Of a DNA stretch of 64,000 bases, positions 44,173-54,167 are shown piece by piece. Source of the DNA: Myxococcota bacterium. GTDB taxonomy: Bacteria; Myxococcota_A; Polyangia; Polyangiales; Sandaracinaceae. The notes below the pieces were generated by a model. That model was not told the DNA's origin. It searched no databases and saw only the letters and a list, made by a program, of their open reading frames with translations. The stretch lies in the NCBI GenBank assembly GCA_036149055.1, contig JAYZQJ010000204.1:19174-83173 (forward strand), given 5' to 3'. The first letter of the stretch is position 1. Every line of letters starts with the position of its first letter. The translations under genes were made by a program, and so were the position numbers.

Positions 44173-44502
44173 GTGCGCCCCGTCTCGAACCCGTACGCGG
44201 ACCTGAGCTCCCTCCTCGACCAGACCCGTCAGCTGAGCCCCGAAGAGCAGGCCGAGCTGCTCCTCGAGCAGGGCTTCCCCGAGCGGGCCCTGCGTGTCTA
44301 CGAGGAGCTGCTGGCCCGCGCCCCCGGAGACCCGTCGCTCACCCGCAAGCGGGACTGGGCGCGGCGCATGCTCGCTCGCGAGGAGAAGCCCGAGACCGGC
44401 ACGATGCGCAAGCCCACGGCCGACGCCACGCTCCGCGGCATGCCCGCCCCCGCCCGCGCGGACGGGGCCGTGCGCCGCCTGGTCATCCGCGAAGTGGGTT
44501 GA
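44173..44502 (+). CDS. Small TPR-like hypothetical protein
   Basis: QAELLLEQGFPERALRVYEELLARAP single TPR-like unit; GAGG upstream of GTG. Confidence 0.65.
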   Translation: MRPVSNPYADLSSLLDQTRQLSPEEQAELLLEQGFPERALRVYEELLARAPGDPSLTRKRDWARRMLAREEKPETGTMRKPTADATLRGMPAPARADGAVRRLVIREVG

Positions 44503-44551
44503 CCACATCGTCGTCGATCTTTGCGGCGTCGTGGTCTAGCCTGCGCGCGAG

Positions 44552-47140
44552 ATGAGCGCGGAGAAGTGGCGTCGCGACAGCCAGGTGGACGGCCCCGATG
44601 CGGCGGCGGAGGGCGCGGCCTTCGCGCCGCTGGCGCCCATCCCCGAGCGCGTGCCGCTGCCCGAGGGCTATCCGGCGCGGCTGCTCGAGGCGTTCGGAGC
44701 GGCGCACGCGCGGGCTGCGCGCCTTCACGAGGCGATGCGCGCCCAGTGGGGGGCGCACTACTCATCGAGCGCGCCCGTCCCGGTCGACGAGGAGGGCGTG
44801 GGGATGCTGGTCGCGTGGCTCGAGAGCGCGGAGACGCGGGTGGCGGCGCCGCACTACGCGAAACACGACGCGACCTTCGTGGCCGAGGCGCTCGGGGTCC
44901 GAGGGCTCGAGCCGGTGCACGTGTGGCGGTGGGCGGTCGCGTTGTCGAGGGGAGCCGACTCACGGTACGTCGGCTGGATGGGCGATCTGCTCGCGGCCAG
45001 CCGCCGCGCGAACGATGGGCGCCCGGATCTGCGCGAGCTGGCGCACGCCGCCGCGCACCACGGGGTCCCCGCCGAGACGATCTCGCGCGCGGAGCTGGAG
45101 AGCGACGACTGGGAAGGGCTCGGCGACTCGCCGGAGCAGGCGTGGACCTTCTTCGCGGAGCACCCCTCGCTGCTCGAGCGGGCGCTCGAGGCGTCGGTCG
45201 GCCCGGATGGGTGGATCGACTACTTTGCCCAGCGCAGCCAGCGCAACGCCTATGCGATCCTCGCCGCGTTCCCGTCCCTGCCCGAGGGCGCCGAGGCGAT
45301 CGCGTGGCGACACGCCCTCGGCAAAGCCAAGACCCCGCGCCCCTGGGCCCGGGCCGCGCTCGGCCACGCGCCGGACCGGGTCGAGCGAGCGGCGGCGGCG
45401 CTCTCCGACGGCCAGGCGGAGATCCGCGCCACCGCGGCGGAGTGGCTCGGCGATGTCGGAGACCCGGCCGCGGTCGCGCCTCTCGAGCGCGCGCTGGCCG
45501 CGGAGCGACGTGAGGCGCCGAAGGCCTCGATGCTGCGCGCGCTCGACGCGCTCGGTGTGGACCTCTCGCCGCACCTCGACCGCGAGGCGCTCCAGCGCGA
45601 GGCGAAGAGGAAGCTGAAGAAGGGCGTGCCCTCCAAGCTCTCCTGGTTCCCGTTCGACGAGATGCCGGCGCCGCGGTGGCGGCAGGACGGCGCGCCGGTC
45701 GCGCGAGAGTCTCTGGTCTGGATGCTGGTCAGCGCGCACGGGGTGAAGCGGGTCGCGCCGTCTCCGCTCCTGCCGCTCTACGCCGCGCAGTGGGAAGGCG
45801 CAGACGCGCTGGGCGACTTCGTGCTCGCCGCGTGGATCGCTCGCGACGTCCAGCCGCGGGCGGCGGGCGGTCGGCCGAAGGGCTCGGCCCAGGCGGACAA
45901 GGGGCTGCTCGCCATCCCGGCGGCGATGGGGGGCGCCGCGGTCGCCTCGCTCGTGGAGGGGTACCTCCGGGACTGGTACGGCTGGCGGGCGCCGCAGTGC
46001 AAGGCGCTGCTCGAGATGCTCGCACACCGGGACGACGACGCCTCGGTGCAGCTCCTGCTGTCGACCGCCGCTCGGTTCCGCACCTCGGGCATTCGAAAGG
46101 AGGCCGAGAGGCGCGTGGAGGAGCTCGCGGCGCGCCGCGGGTGGACGCCCGCCGAGCTCGCCGACCGCACCGCGCCCACCGCCGGCTTCGAGCTGGATCC
46201 CACGATCGGTCGACCCACGCTGGCGCTGGACGTGGGTCCGCGTGTGCTGCGCGCGCTCCTGGACGACTCGCTCGCCGTGGTCCTCGAGGTGGGCGACGGC
46301 AAGGCGATCAAGACCTTCCCGAAGCCGCGGGTCGCCGACGACCCGGAGCGCTTCGCCGAGGCGAAGAAGGCGTTCGCCGCCGCGCGGAAGACGGTGAAGA
46401 AGGTGCTGAGGACGCAGCGTGATCGGCTCTACGACGCGATGTGCGCCGACCAGCGCTGGGACGTGGACACCTGGCGCGTCCATCTCTGGCGGCATCCACT
46501 CGTGGGCCGCCTCTGCGAGCGGCTGGTGTGGGTGGCGCTTCGGGGCGAAGAGGAGGTGGCGACCTTTCGCCCGATCGAGGACGGCACCCTGACCGACGTC
46601 GACGACGAGCCGCTGCGTCTCCCGGAGGGGGTCGAGATCGCGGTGGCCCACCGCACGCGGCTCGGCCCCGAGCGGGCGGCGCGCTGGAGCGCGCACCTCT
46701 CGGACTACGAGGTGAAGGCGCCGTTCTCCCAGCTCTCCGCCGCGCCGGTGGAGCGGCCGGACGACGACGACTCGAACATGCTCGCGCCGGCGTTCGGCCA
46801 CTCGGTCGACGGGCGGCTGCTTCGCATCGCGCTCCGCGAGCACGGCTATCGACGCGGCCCGGTCGAGGAGGGCGGCTGGCTCTACGCCTACGAGCGCCCG
46901 TTCGCGACGCTCGGGCTCACCGCGTTCCTCGGGATCAGCGGTCACTCGATCGACGCGGAGCAGGTCCCGGTCGCGCTGCTCGGGGTCACCTTCCACCGCA
47001 CCCGTGAGGGGGCGCCGAGTCGCGCGCTGCCGCTGCGGGAGCTCCCTCCGGCGCTGCTGGCCGAGGTGAGCGAGCACGTACGGCAGGCGGCGGCCCTCGG
47101 GACCGGCCCGGACCCGCTCTGGGAAGGGCAGGGGCCGTGA
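44552..47140 (+). CDS. DUF4132-domain protein 1 (YehI/MolR-like; short N-terminus)
   Basis: HEAT-like RATAAEWLGDVGD; RGWTPAELADRTAPTAGF; QRDRLYDAMC...W; HPLVGRLCERLVW; WSAHLSDYEVKAPFSQL. Confidence 0.85.
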   Translation: MSAEKWRRDSQVDGPDAAAEGAAFAPLAPIPERVPLPEGYPARLLEAFGAAHARAARLHEAMRAQWGAHYSSSAPVPVDEEGVGMLVAWLESAETRVAAPHYAKHDATFVAEALGVRGLEPVHVWRWAVALSRGADSRYVGWMGDLLAASRRANDGRPDLRELAHAAAHHGVPAETISRAELESDDWEGLGDSPEQAWTFFAEHPSLLERALEASVGPDGWIDYFAQRSQRNAYAILAAFPSLPEGAEAIAWRHALGKAKTPRPWARAALGHAPDRVERAAAALSDGQAEIRATAAEWLGDVGDPAAVAPLERALAAERREAPKASMLRALDALGVDLSPHLDREALQREAKRKLKKGVPSKLSWFPFDEMPAPRWRQDGAPVARESLVWMLVSAHGVKRVAPSPLLPLYAAQWEGADALGDFVLAAWIARDVQPRAAGGRPKGSAQADKGLLAIPAAMGGAAVASLVEGYLRDWYGWRAPQCKALLEMLAHRDDDASVQLLLSTAARFRTSGIRKEAERRVEELAARRGWTPAELADRTAPTAGFELDPTIGRPTLALDVGPRVLRALLDDSLAVVLEVGDGKAIKTFPKPRVADDPERFAEAKKAFAAARKTVKKVLRTQRDRLYDAMCADQRWDVDTWRVHLWRHPLVGRLCERLVWVALRGEEEVATFRPIEDGTLTDVDDEPLRLPEGVEIAVAHRTRLGPERAARWSAHLSDYEVKAPFSQLSAAPVERPDDDDSNMLAPAFGHSVDGRLLRIALREHGYRRGPVEEGGWLYAYERPFATLGLTAFLGISGHSIDAEQVPVALLGVTFHRTREGAPSRALPLRELPPALLAEVSEHVRQAAALGTGPDPLWEGQGP

Positions 47141-50100
47141 GCGCGGACACCTGGCGGAAGCTCGGGATCGAGGTGGAGAACCCCGCCGGCCTCGACGAGG
47201 AGGCGATGGCCTGGCTCGCGAGCTACCTGCTCGCGCTCGACGGAGTGGAGCGAGGGCTCGGAGGCCGCGCGGTCCGGTACGTGATCGACGGCGCGGCGGA
47301 GGAGGTCGTCGGCGCGGTGCGCGGGCGCACCGACTGCGCCGAGCGCTTGAGCCTCTCCGGCTGGCGGGCGCCGGTGGAGCGCGACGCGTTCTTCCGGCGC
47401 GCGCGCGGCGCGGTCGGCCCTCTGCACCGGCTCGCGGTGCTCCTCGACGCGGCCGCGGGCCCCAGGCCGCACCTCTCGGCGCCCGGCGTGCCGTCGTGGT
47501 TCTGGTGGCTGCGCGCGGGGCATGGCGTCTCCGCCGCTCGGCTCGACGCGGCGACGCTGGCGGGCGCGCTCGAGCTCGGCGGCGCGGATCCGTCGGTGCT
47601 CATCACGGTCGAGCTTCCGCGGCCTCACCTCTACGACGCGAAGCCGGATGGGTTGGGGGAGTGGCTGCGCGGGCAGAGCCCGGCGCTGGCTCGCCGGCTC
47701 GACGAGGCCCCGACGGCGTCGGAGCGCGCGGAGATCCTCGACCTCCTGAGGTCCGAGGAGGTGGCGTCGCCGGAGCTGCTCCCTCAGCTCGCGCGGGAGG
47801 CCACCTCGAGCGCCAAGCGAAACCGGGAGCAGGGGCTCCGCCTCCTCGGCGCGCTGGGCGAGGTGGCGCGGCCCGCGCTCGAGCGGGTCGCCGAGGAGGG
47901 CAGCGCGGCGACGCGCCGGGAGGCCTACCGCGCGCTCGACCTCCTCTTCGGCGCGGACGCGAGATCGTTCCTCGAGGCGCGCCGAGCGTCGGAGCCCAAC
48001 GCCAAGGCCCGGCAGCTCCTCGACGGGCTCTGCGCCAAGGCGGCCCCCGCGGCGGTCACCTTCACGCTCCCCGAGCTGCCGCCCATCCCCGACCGCGTGC
48101 CCTTGCCGGAGGGGTACGAGGCGCACCTGTCGGAGGTTCTCGTCGCCGCGCACGAGCGCCGGCGTCGGGAGCACGAGCGCTGGGCGAAGCGCGGCGTGCG
48201 CGGATGGGGAGCTCTGCCTCCCGCGCCCTCCGAGGCGCAGCTGGAGGCGCTCGCGCGGCGGCTCGAGGTCGGCGGTCCGCCTCCGCCCGAGACCAAGGCC
48301 CAGCTCCTCGTCCGGGACTCCCGGATGCTTCACGACGTCGGGCGCTTCCCCGGCCTGCATCCCGTGCACGTCTGGCGTCTCATGGGGGCCATCCTCGGTG
48401 AGCCGCTCGCCTGGCAAGCCTCGCAGATCTCGAACGGCGCGCGTCGGGCGAACGGCGGCCGGCCCGATCTCCGCGAGCTGGCGCACGCGGCCAGCCACGA
48501 CGGCAGCGACCTCGCCGAGCTCACGCACACCGCCCTCGAACGGAACCTGCTCGGCTTCGCCCCCGAGGACGCCTGGACGCTGTTCGCCGAGCACCCGGAG
48601 TGGCTGGAGGAGGCTCTGGTCGGGCGACTGGGCGTCGCCTCCTACGCCGCGGAGCGCGCCCGGTTCGCCGCGCTCGACGTCCTGGCCGCCTTCCCCCAGC
48701 TCCCGGGCGGCGCGGCGGAGCTGGCCTGGCGCCACGCCTTCGACACGGCGAAGGGGCTCCGCCTCCGGGCGCGCGCCGCGCTCGCGAAGGCCGACGACCC
48801 GGTGGAGCGGGTCGCGCGCGCGCTCGGCGACGGCAAGCAGGACGTTCGCACGATCGCCGCCGAGTGGCTGGCCGAGCTCGGGGACCCGGCGGCGATCGAG
48901 CCGCTGGAGCGGGCGGTGGCGAAGGAGAAGCGAGAGGTGCCGAGGGGAGCGATGTTCCGCGCGCTGCACGCGCTCGGCGTCGACCTCGCGCCTCACCTCG
49001 ACCGGGAAGGTCTGGAGCGCGAGGCGAGAGCGAAGCTGAAGAAGGGCGCGCCCGCGAAGCTCTCCTGGATCCCCTGGGCGTCCTTGCCGCGGCCGCGCTG
49101 GCGGAGCGACGGCGCGCCGGTGTCGCTCGTGTCGCTGCAGTGGCTGCTCGTCGCCGCCCACGCCCTGAAGAGCCCGGTCCCCACGCCGCTGCTCGCGCTC
49201 TACGCGGAGCGCTGGGACGACGCGGAGCCGCTCGGCGACGCCCTGCTCGATCTCTGGATCGCGCGAGACGCGCGCCTCCCGAGCCGCGCGGAGGCGGAGG
49301 CGAAGGTGAGCGCGAAGCTCGCGCAGTGGCACTACGTGCCTCCGCCCGAGCATCGAGAGGCGATGATCCGGGAGGCGCTCGCGCGGCCACTCGGCTCGGC
49401 GCAGGCGGATCGAGGCGTGCTCGCCTTCACGACCGCGGTCGGCGGCCCGAGCGTCGCCTCGAAGATCGAGCGCTACCTGAAGGACTGGCACGGCCTCCGC
49501 GCGCCCCAATGCAAGATGCTCCTCGAGCTGCTCGCGCACCGGCCGGACGAGGCGTCGACTCAGGTGCTGCTCGCGACGGCGACGCGCTTCCGCACTCGAG
49601 GCATTCGCGACGAAGCGGAGCGGCAGGTCGCCGAGGTCGCCGAGCGCCGGGGCTGGACGCGGGCCGAGCTCGAGGATCGCACCGTGCCGACGGCGGGCTT
49701 CGAGCCCGACCCGAGCGGCCGTCCGGTCCTGCGTCTGGACCTCGGCGCTCGCGCGCTCCACGCGGTCCTCGACGACGGGCTCGCGGTCGTGCTCGAGAGG
49801 GGCGACGGCAAGACGACCAAGACGTTCCCGAAGCCGCGCAAGGACGACGACCCCGATCGCGCGGCGGAGGCGAAGAAGACCTTCTCGGCCGCCAAGAAGC
49901 AGGTGAAGCAGATCGTCCGCCTGCAGACCGCGCGGCTGTACGAGGCGATGTGCCTCGAGCAGGGGTGGTCGGCGGCGAGCTGGCGGGAGCATCTCCTGTC
50001 GCATCCCATCGTCGGCCGGCTGTGTGAGCGCCTGGTCTGGACGGCGCTCGCCGACGGCGCCGAGCCCGTCACCTTTCGGCCCCTCGGTGACGGCACGCTC

Positions 50101-50667
50101 ACCGACGCGCACGACGAGCCGGTCCACCTCCCCGACGGCGCCCGCGTCCACCTCGCGCACCGCACCTCGCTGGACGAGGGGCAGGTGGACGCGTGGCGCG
50201 AGCACCTCGGCGACTACGAGATCGAGCCGCTCTTCTCGCAGCTCGACGCCGAGCCCCTCGTGCTCGGCGAGGCGCAGGGGGAGCAGCGCGCGTTGACCGC
50301 GCTGGAGGGACACATGGTCGACGCGCTCACCCTGCGCGGGCAGCTGACGAAGCGGGGCTACGTGCGCGGCGAGGTGCTCGACGGCGGCTGGTTCTTCACC
50401 TACGAGCGCGACCTCCCGTCGCTCGGGATCACCGCGGTGGTGGAGTTCAGCGGCAGCCCCGTCCGGGAGGAGGCGGGAGAGGTCGCGCTCCGCACCATCC
50501 GCTTCCTCGCCAGGCAGGCCAGCCGCGACCCCTTCGATCCCGACGGGGCCGCGCTCCCGCTGGCGGACGTGCCCGCGGTGCTGCGGAGCGAGACCTGGAG
50601 TCACGTGCGCGCCGTCGCGGCCCTGGGGAGCGGCGTCGATCCGAGCTGGGAGGAGAAGCTGTGGTGA
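47137..50667 (+). CDS. DUF4132-domain protein 2 with HEAT-like repeats
   Basis: GTGA overlap; same C-terminal motifs (ELEDRTVPTAGF, RLYEAMC, HPIVGRL, DYEIEPLFSQL). Confidence 0.88.
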   Translation: MSADTWRKLGIEVENPAGLDEEAMAWLASYLLALDGVERGLGGRAVRYVIDGAAEEVVGAVRGRTDCAERLSLSGWRAPVERDAFFRRARGAVGPLHRLAVLLDAAAGPRPHLSAPGVPSWFWWLRAGHGVSAARLDAATLAGALELGGADPSVLITVELPRPHLYDAKPDGLGEWLRGQSPALARRLDEAPTASERAEILDLLRSEEVASPELLPQLAREATSSAKRNREQGLRLLGALGEVARPALERVAEEGSAATRREAYRALDLLFGADARSFLEARRASEPNAKARQLLDGLCAKAAPAAVTFTLPELPPIPDRVPLPEGYEAHLSEVLVAAHERRRREHERWAKRGVRGWGALPPAPSEAQLEALARRLEVGGPPPPETKAQLLVRDSRMLHDVGRFPGLHPVHVWRLMGAILGEPLAWQASQISNGARRANGGRPDLRELAHAASHDGSDLAELTHTALERNLLGFAPEDAWTLFAEHPEWLEEALVGRLGVASYAAERARFAALDVLAAFPQLPGGAAELAWRHAFDTAKGLRLRARAALAKADDPVERVARALGDGKQDVRTIAAEWLAELGDPAAIEPLERAVAKEKREVPRGAMFRALHALGVDLAPHLDREGLEREARAKLKKGAPAKLSWIPWASLPRPRWRSDGAPVSLVSLQWLLVAAHALKSPVPTPLLALYAERWDDAEPLGDALLDLWIARDARLPSRAEAEAKVSAKLAQWHYVPPPEHREAMIREALARPLGSAQADRGVLAFTTAVGGPSVASKIERYLKDWHGLRAPQCKMLLELLAHRPDEASTQVLLATATRFRTRGIRDEAERQVAEVAERRGWTRAELEDRTVPTAGFEPDPSGRPVLRLDLGARALHAVLDDGLAVVLERGDGKTTKTFPKPRKDDDPDRAAEAKKTFSAAKKQVKQIVRLQTARLYEAMCLEQGWSAASWREHLLSHPIVGRLCERLVWTALADGAEPVTFRPLGDGTLTDAHDEPVHLPDGARVHLAHRTSLDEGQVDAWREHLGDYEIEPLFSQLDAEPLVLGEAQGEQRALTALEGHMVDALTLRGQLTKRGYVRGEVLDGGWFFTYERDLPSLGITAVVEFSGSPVREEAGEVALRTIRFLARQASRDPFDPDGAALPLADVPAVLRSETWSHVRAVAALGSGVDPSWEEKLW

Positions 50668-53600
50668 GCGCGCGCTGGTCGACGCTGGGCATCCCGGTCG
50701 AGAACCCGGAGGGGGTCTCCGAGGAGGCGCTCTCCGTCCTCGCGGAGTATCTCCTGCCACTGGACGGGCTCGAGCCGAGGCTGGGGCAGCGTGCCATCCG
50801 ATACGTCGTCGACGGAGAGGAGGGCGGCGTGCTCGCGACGATCGGCGCGCGCGCGGGCGAGTGCGCGCGTCGACTTCGCGGAGAGGGCCATCGCGACCCG
50901 AGGTCCCGCCGCGGCTTCCTGCGCCGGACCGCGGCGAGGGGGCCGCTCCGGCGGTTCGGAGAGGTCGCGGCGGCGGCCTCGGCCGGCTCCCCGGTCTCGA
51001 TGGCGTGGCCGTCGTGGTTCGAGCCCCTCGTCGCGTCCCGCGCGGTCGATCCCTCGACGCTCTTCGACCTGCTCCGCGGAGCGGACGCCGATCCCGGGCT
51101 CCTCTTCGACCACCTCACGGCGCCGTACGCTCTCGACGTTCCGTCCGGGCTGCGTTCGTTGCTCGAGCGCGAGCAGGCGGTGCTCCGGGAGCGCCTGGAG
51201 AGCGCGGGTGACGCGGCCGCGCGCGCTCGCTATCTGAAGCTCGCCGTCCGGCACGGAGCGACCCTCGACGAGCTGCTCGACGTGCTGCTGAGGGAGGTCA
51301 CCGGGAAGGCGCGGACCACGCGCGCCCTCGCCGGGCGGCTGCTGCGACCGCTCGGGCAGGCCGCGCTCGTGCCCCTGCTGGAGCGGACTCGGACGGGCGA
51401 CGCCCCCACTCGGCTCGGCGCCTACGAGGGCCTGCGGCTCGTGTTCCCCGAGACGCTCGCGGAGCACCTCGAGCCGCTGCTCGAGGCGGAGGCTGCGGAG
51501 AACAACCGCGCCTTCCTCGAGCGGCTGCGCCCCTCTCGCACGGCGCTGCCGGCGCTGCCGCCGCTGCCTCCGGTCCCCGAACGCCTGCCGCTCCCCGACG
51601 GCTTCGGCGCCCGCCTGCGCGCGTCGCTCGACGAGGTCCACGCGGCCGCGCGCCGGGCGTACGACCGGCAGGCGGCGGGGCCCCATCCGCCCCGCTGGGA
51701 TCCGCCGCGCCCGATGAGCGAGGCGGAGCTGGACGCCCTGCTCGACGGCCTCGAGACGGGCGTGGTCGACCGATCGTCCCTGCGCTCCCCGCGCGGCGCG
51801 AGCTGGTTCCTGGAGCTCGTCACGTTCGAAGGGCTCGAGCCCGCGCACCTCTTCCGGCTGCTGCGCGCCCGCGGGCACATCGACGACGACGGGCGCTGGT
51901 CCGGCGCCGACGCGGTGCGCGCCTTCCGGCGAGCTCACGGCGGCCGGCCCGATCTGCGCGAGCTGGCGCACGTGGCCGAGCACGATGGGGTGTCGCCCGC
52001 GATCGCGAGCCGCGCGCACCTCCTCCAGGGCACGCTCGTCCGCGGCCTCGGCTACTCGGCGGACGACGCGTGGACCTTCTTCCTCGATCGCGAGGACGAG
52101 CTGGCGGACGCGCTCCAGCCGGTGGCCGTCCAGGGCCCGGGCGGGCGGAGCTACGGAGCCGCGCGTGGGGCCGAGGAGCGTCGCGCGAGCGCCTACGCGA
52201 TCCTCGCTCGCTTCCCGTCGCTCCCGCCGCGGCTCGCTTCGATCGCCTGGGAGCACGCGCTGGGCGACGCGAAGAGCCTGCGCCCGCTCGCGCAGGCCGC
52301 GCTGGCGAGCGCCCCGGATCGGGTCGAACGGATCTGCGCCGCGCTCGCGGACGGGAAGCAGGGGGCCCGCGCCCACGCCGCCGAGTGGCTGGGCCGGCTC
52401 GGTGATCCGGCGGCCATCGAGCCGCTGACCCGCGCGGTGAAGAAGGAGAAGCAGCCCCTCCCGAAGGGGGCGATGTTTCGCGCGCTCGAGGCGCTCGGCG
52501 TGGACCTCGAGCCCTACCTGGATCGCGAGGCGCTGGAGCGCGAGGCGCGCATCGCGCTGAAGAAGGGGCTGCCCGCGAAGCTCGCCTGGTTCCCCTGGCG
52601 GTCGCTCCCGATCCCACGCTGGCGAAGCGACGATGTCCCGGTGGCGGTCGAGGTCCTGCAGCGGCTGATCGTGGGCGCGCACGCCTCGAAGTCGCCGGTC
52701 GCCGAGCCCTTGCTCCGGCTGTACGCGGAGCGCTGGGAGGGGGCGGACGCGCTGGGGGAGTACGTGCTCCAGGCCTGGATCGCCGAGGACACGCGGGGAC
52801 GATCCCGCGACGAGGTCGCTCCGGTGGCGAGGGCGCGCGCCCGGGCGACCGCTCGGGCGCTCGGTCAGGACGAAGAGGCGCTCTACGCCCGCCTGCTCGC
52901 CCAGCTGGCGGCGGAGCCCGTGGGATCGGCGCAGGCGCACCGCGGGGTGCTGGCCGTCGCCGGGGCGATGGGCGGCGACGGGCTCGCGCCGATCGTCCAG
53001 GCGTACCTCTCGCGCTGGTACGGCTGGCGCGCGCCGCAATGCAAGGCGCTGCTCCAGATGCTCGGCCAGCGCGACGATCGCGCGTCGGTCCAGCTGCTCC
53101 TGTCGGTGGCGTCTCGCTTTCGCACCGCGGGCATTCGAAAGGAGGCGGAGGCGCAGGTCCACGCGCTGGCCGAGCGACGCGGTTGGACCCCCGCGGAGCT
53201 CGCCGACCGCACCGCGCCGACCGCCGGATTCGAGATGGTCGACGGGCGACCGACGCTCGCGCTCGACCTCGGGTCGAGGGTGCTGCATGCCCGGCTCGAC
53301 GAGCGCCTGGCGGTGGTGATCGAGGGCGCCGACGGCGCGACCAGCAAGAGCTTCCCGAAGCCGAGGAAGGATGACGACCCGACCCGGCACGCGGCCGCGA
53401 AGAAGGCGTTCGGCGCGGCCAAGAAGCTCGTGAAGCAGACCGTCCGGGCGCAGTCGGCGCGCTTCTACGACGCGATGTGCGCCGGTCAGCGCTGGGACGC
53501 GGACACCTGGACGACGTCGCTCTCCGGCCACCCCATCGTCGGCCGACTGGTCGAGCGTCTCGTCTGGGTCGCGCTGCGCGACGGCGAGCGGGTCGGCGCG

Positions 53601-54167
53601 TTCCGCCCGCTGCCCGACGGCACCCTGACCGACGTCGACGACGAGCCCTACGTCCTCGACGCCTCCTCGGAGGTCGCGCTCGCCCACCGGGCCCTCCTGG
53701 GCGGCGCGCAGGCCGAGCGGTGGCGCGCGCACCTCGTCGACTACGAGGTGCCGTCCCTCTTCCCGCAGCTCGAGACCGAGCCGCTCGAGCTGTCGCCCGC
53801 GCAGCGGGACGCGACGGCCTACCGCGCGCTCGAGGGTCACCTCTTGCCCGCCTTCACGCTGCGCAACGAACTCACCGGTCGCGGCTACGAGCGCGGCGCG
53901 GCAGGCGATGGAGGGATCTTCGCGGAGTACGTGCGCCCCTTCGCGAGCCTGGGCCTCACCGCCTCCGTCGAGTTCAGCGGCAGCCCGCTGCCGGAGGTGA
54001 ACGAGACGGTGGCGCTGACGCGGATCGTGTTCTCGTCGCGCGAGGAGATCCTGGCCCTGGGCGAGGTGCCGCCCATCCTGCTCGCCGAGGTCGTCGGGCA
54101 CGCGCGTCGGGCGGCGGCGCAGGGATCGGGGCACGATCCCGACTGGGAGACGAAGGTGCTGTGGTGA
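50664..54167 (+). CDS. DUF4132-domain protein 3 with HEAT-like repeats
   Basis: GTGA overlap; ELADRTAPTAGF, RFYDAMC, HPIVGRL, DYEVPSLFPQL. Confidence 0.88.
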   Translation: MSARWSTLGIPVENPEGVSEEALSVLAEYLLPLDGLEPRLGQRAIRYVVDGEEGGVLATIGARAGECARRLRGEGHRDPRSRRGFLRRTAARGPLRRFGEVAAAASAGSPVSMAWPSWFEPLVASRAVDPSTLFDLLRGADADPGLLFDHLTAPYALDVPSGLRSLLEREQAVLRERLESAGDAAARARYLKLAVRHGATLDELLDVLLREVTGKARTTRALAGRLLRPLGQAALVPLLERTRTGDAPTRLGAYEGLRLVFPETLAEHLEPLLEAEAAENNRAFLERLRPSRTALPALPPLPPVPERLPLPDGFGARLRASLDEVHAAARRAYDRQAAGPHPPRWDPPRPMSEAELDALLDGLETGVVDRSSLRSPRGASWFLELVTFEGLEPAHLFRLLRARGHIDDDGRWSGADAVRAFRRAHGGRPDLRELAHVAEHDGVSPAIASRAHLLQGTLVRGLGYSADDAWTFFLDREDELADALQPVAVQGPGGRSYGAARGAEERRASAYAILARFPSLPPRLASIAWEHALGDAKSLRPLAQAALASAPDRVERICAALADGKQGARAHAAEWLGRLGDPAAIEPLTRAVKKEKQPLPKGAMFRALEALGVDLEPYLDREALEREARIALKKGLPAKLAWFPWRSLPIPRWRSDDVPVAVEVLQRLIVGAHASKSPVAEPLLRLYAERWEGADALGEYVLQAWIAEDTRGRSRDEVAPVARARARATARALGQDEEALYARLLAQLAAEPVGSAQAHRGVLAVAGAMGGDGLAPIVQAYLSRWYGWRAPQCKALLQMLGQRDDRASVQLLLSVASRFRTAGIRKEAEAQVHALAERRGWTPAELADRTAPTAGFEMVDGRPTLALDLGSRVLHARLDERLAVVIEGADGATSKSFPKPRKDDDPTRHAAAKKAFGAAKKLVKQTVRAQSARFYDAMCAGQRWDADTWTTSLSGHPIVGRLVERLVWVALRDGERVGAFRPLPDGTLTDVDDEPYVLDASSEVALAHRALLGGAQAERWRAHLVDYEVPSLFPQLETEPLELSPAQRDATAYRALEGHLLPAFTLRNELTGRGYERGAAGDGGIFAEYVRPFASLGLTASVEFSGSPLPEVNETVALTRIVFSSREEILALGEVPPILLAEVVGHARRAAAQGSGHDPDWETKVLW

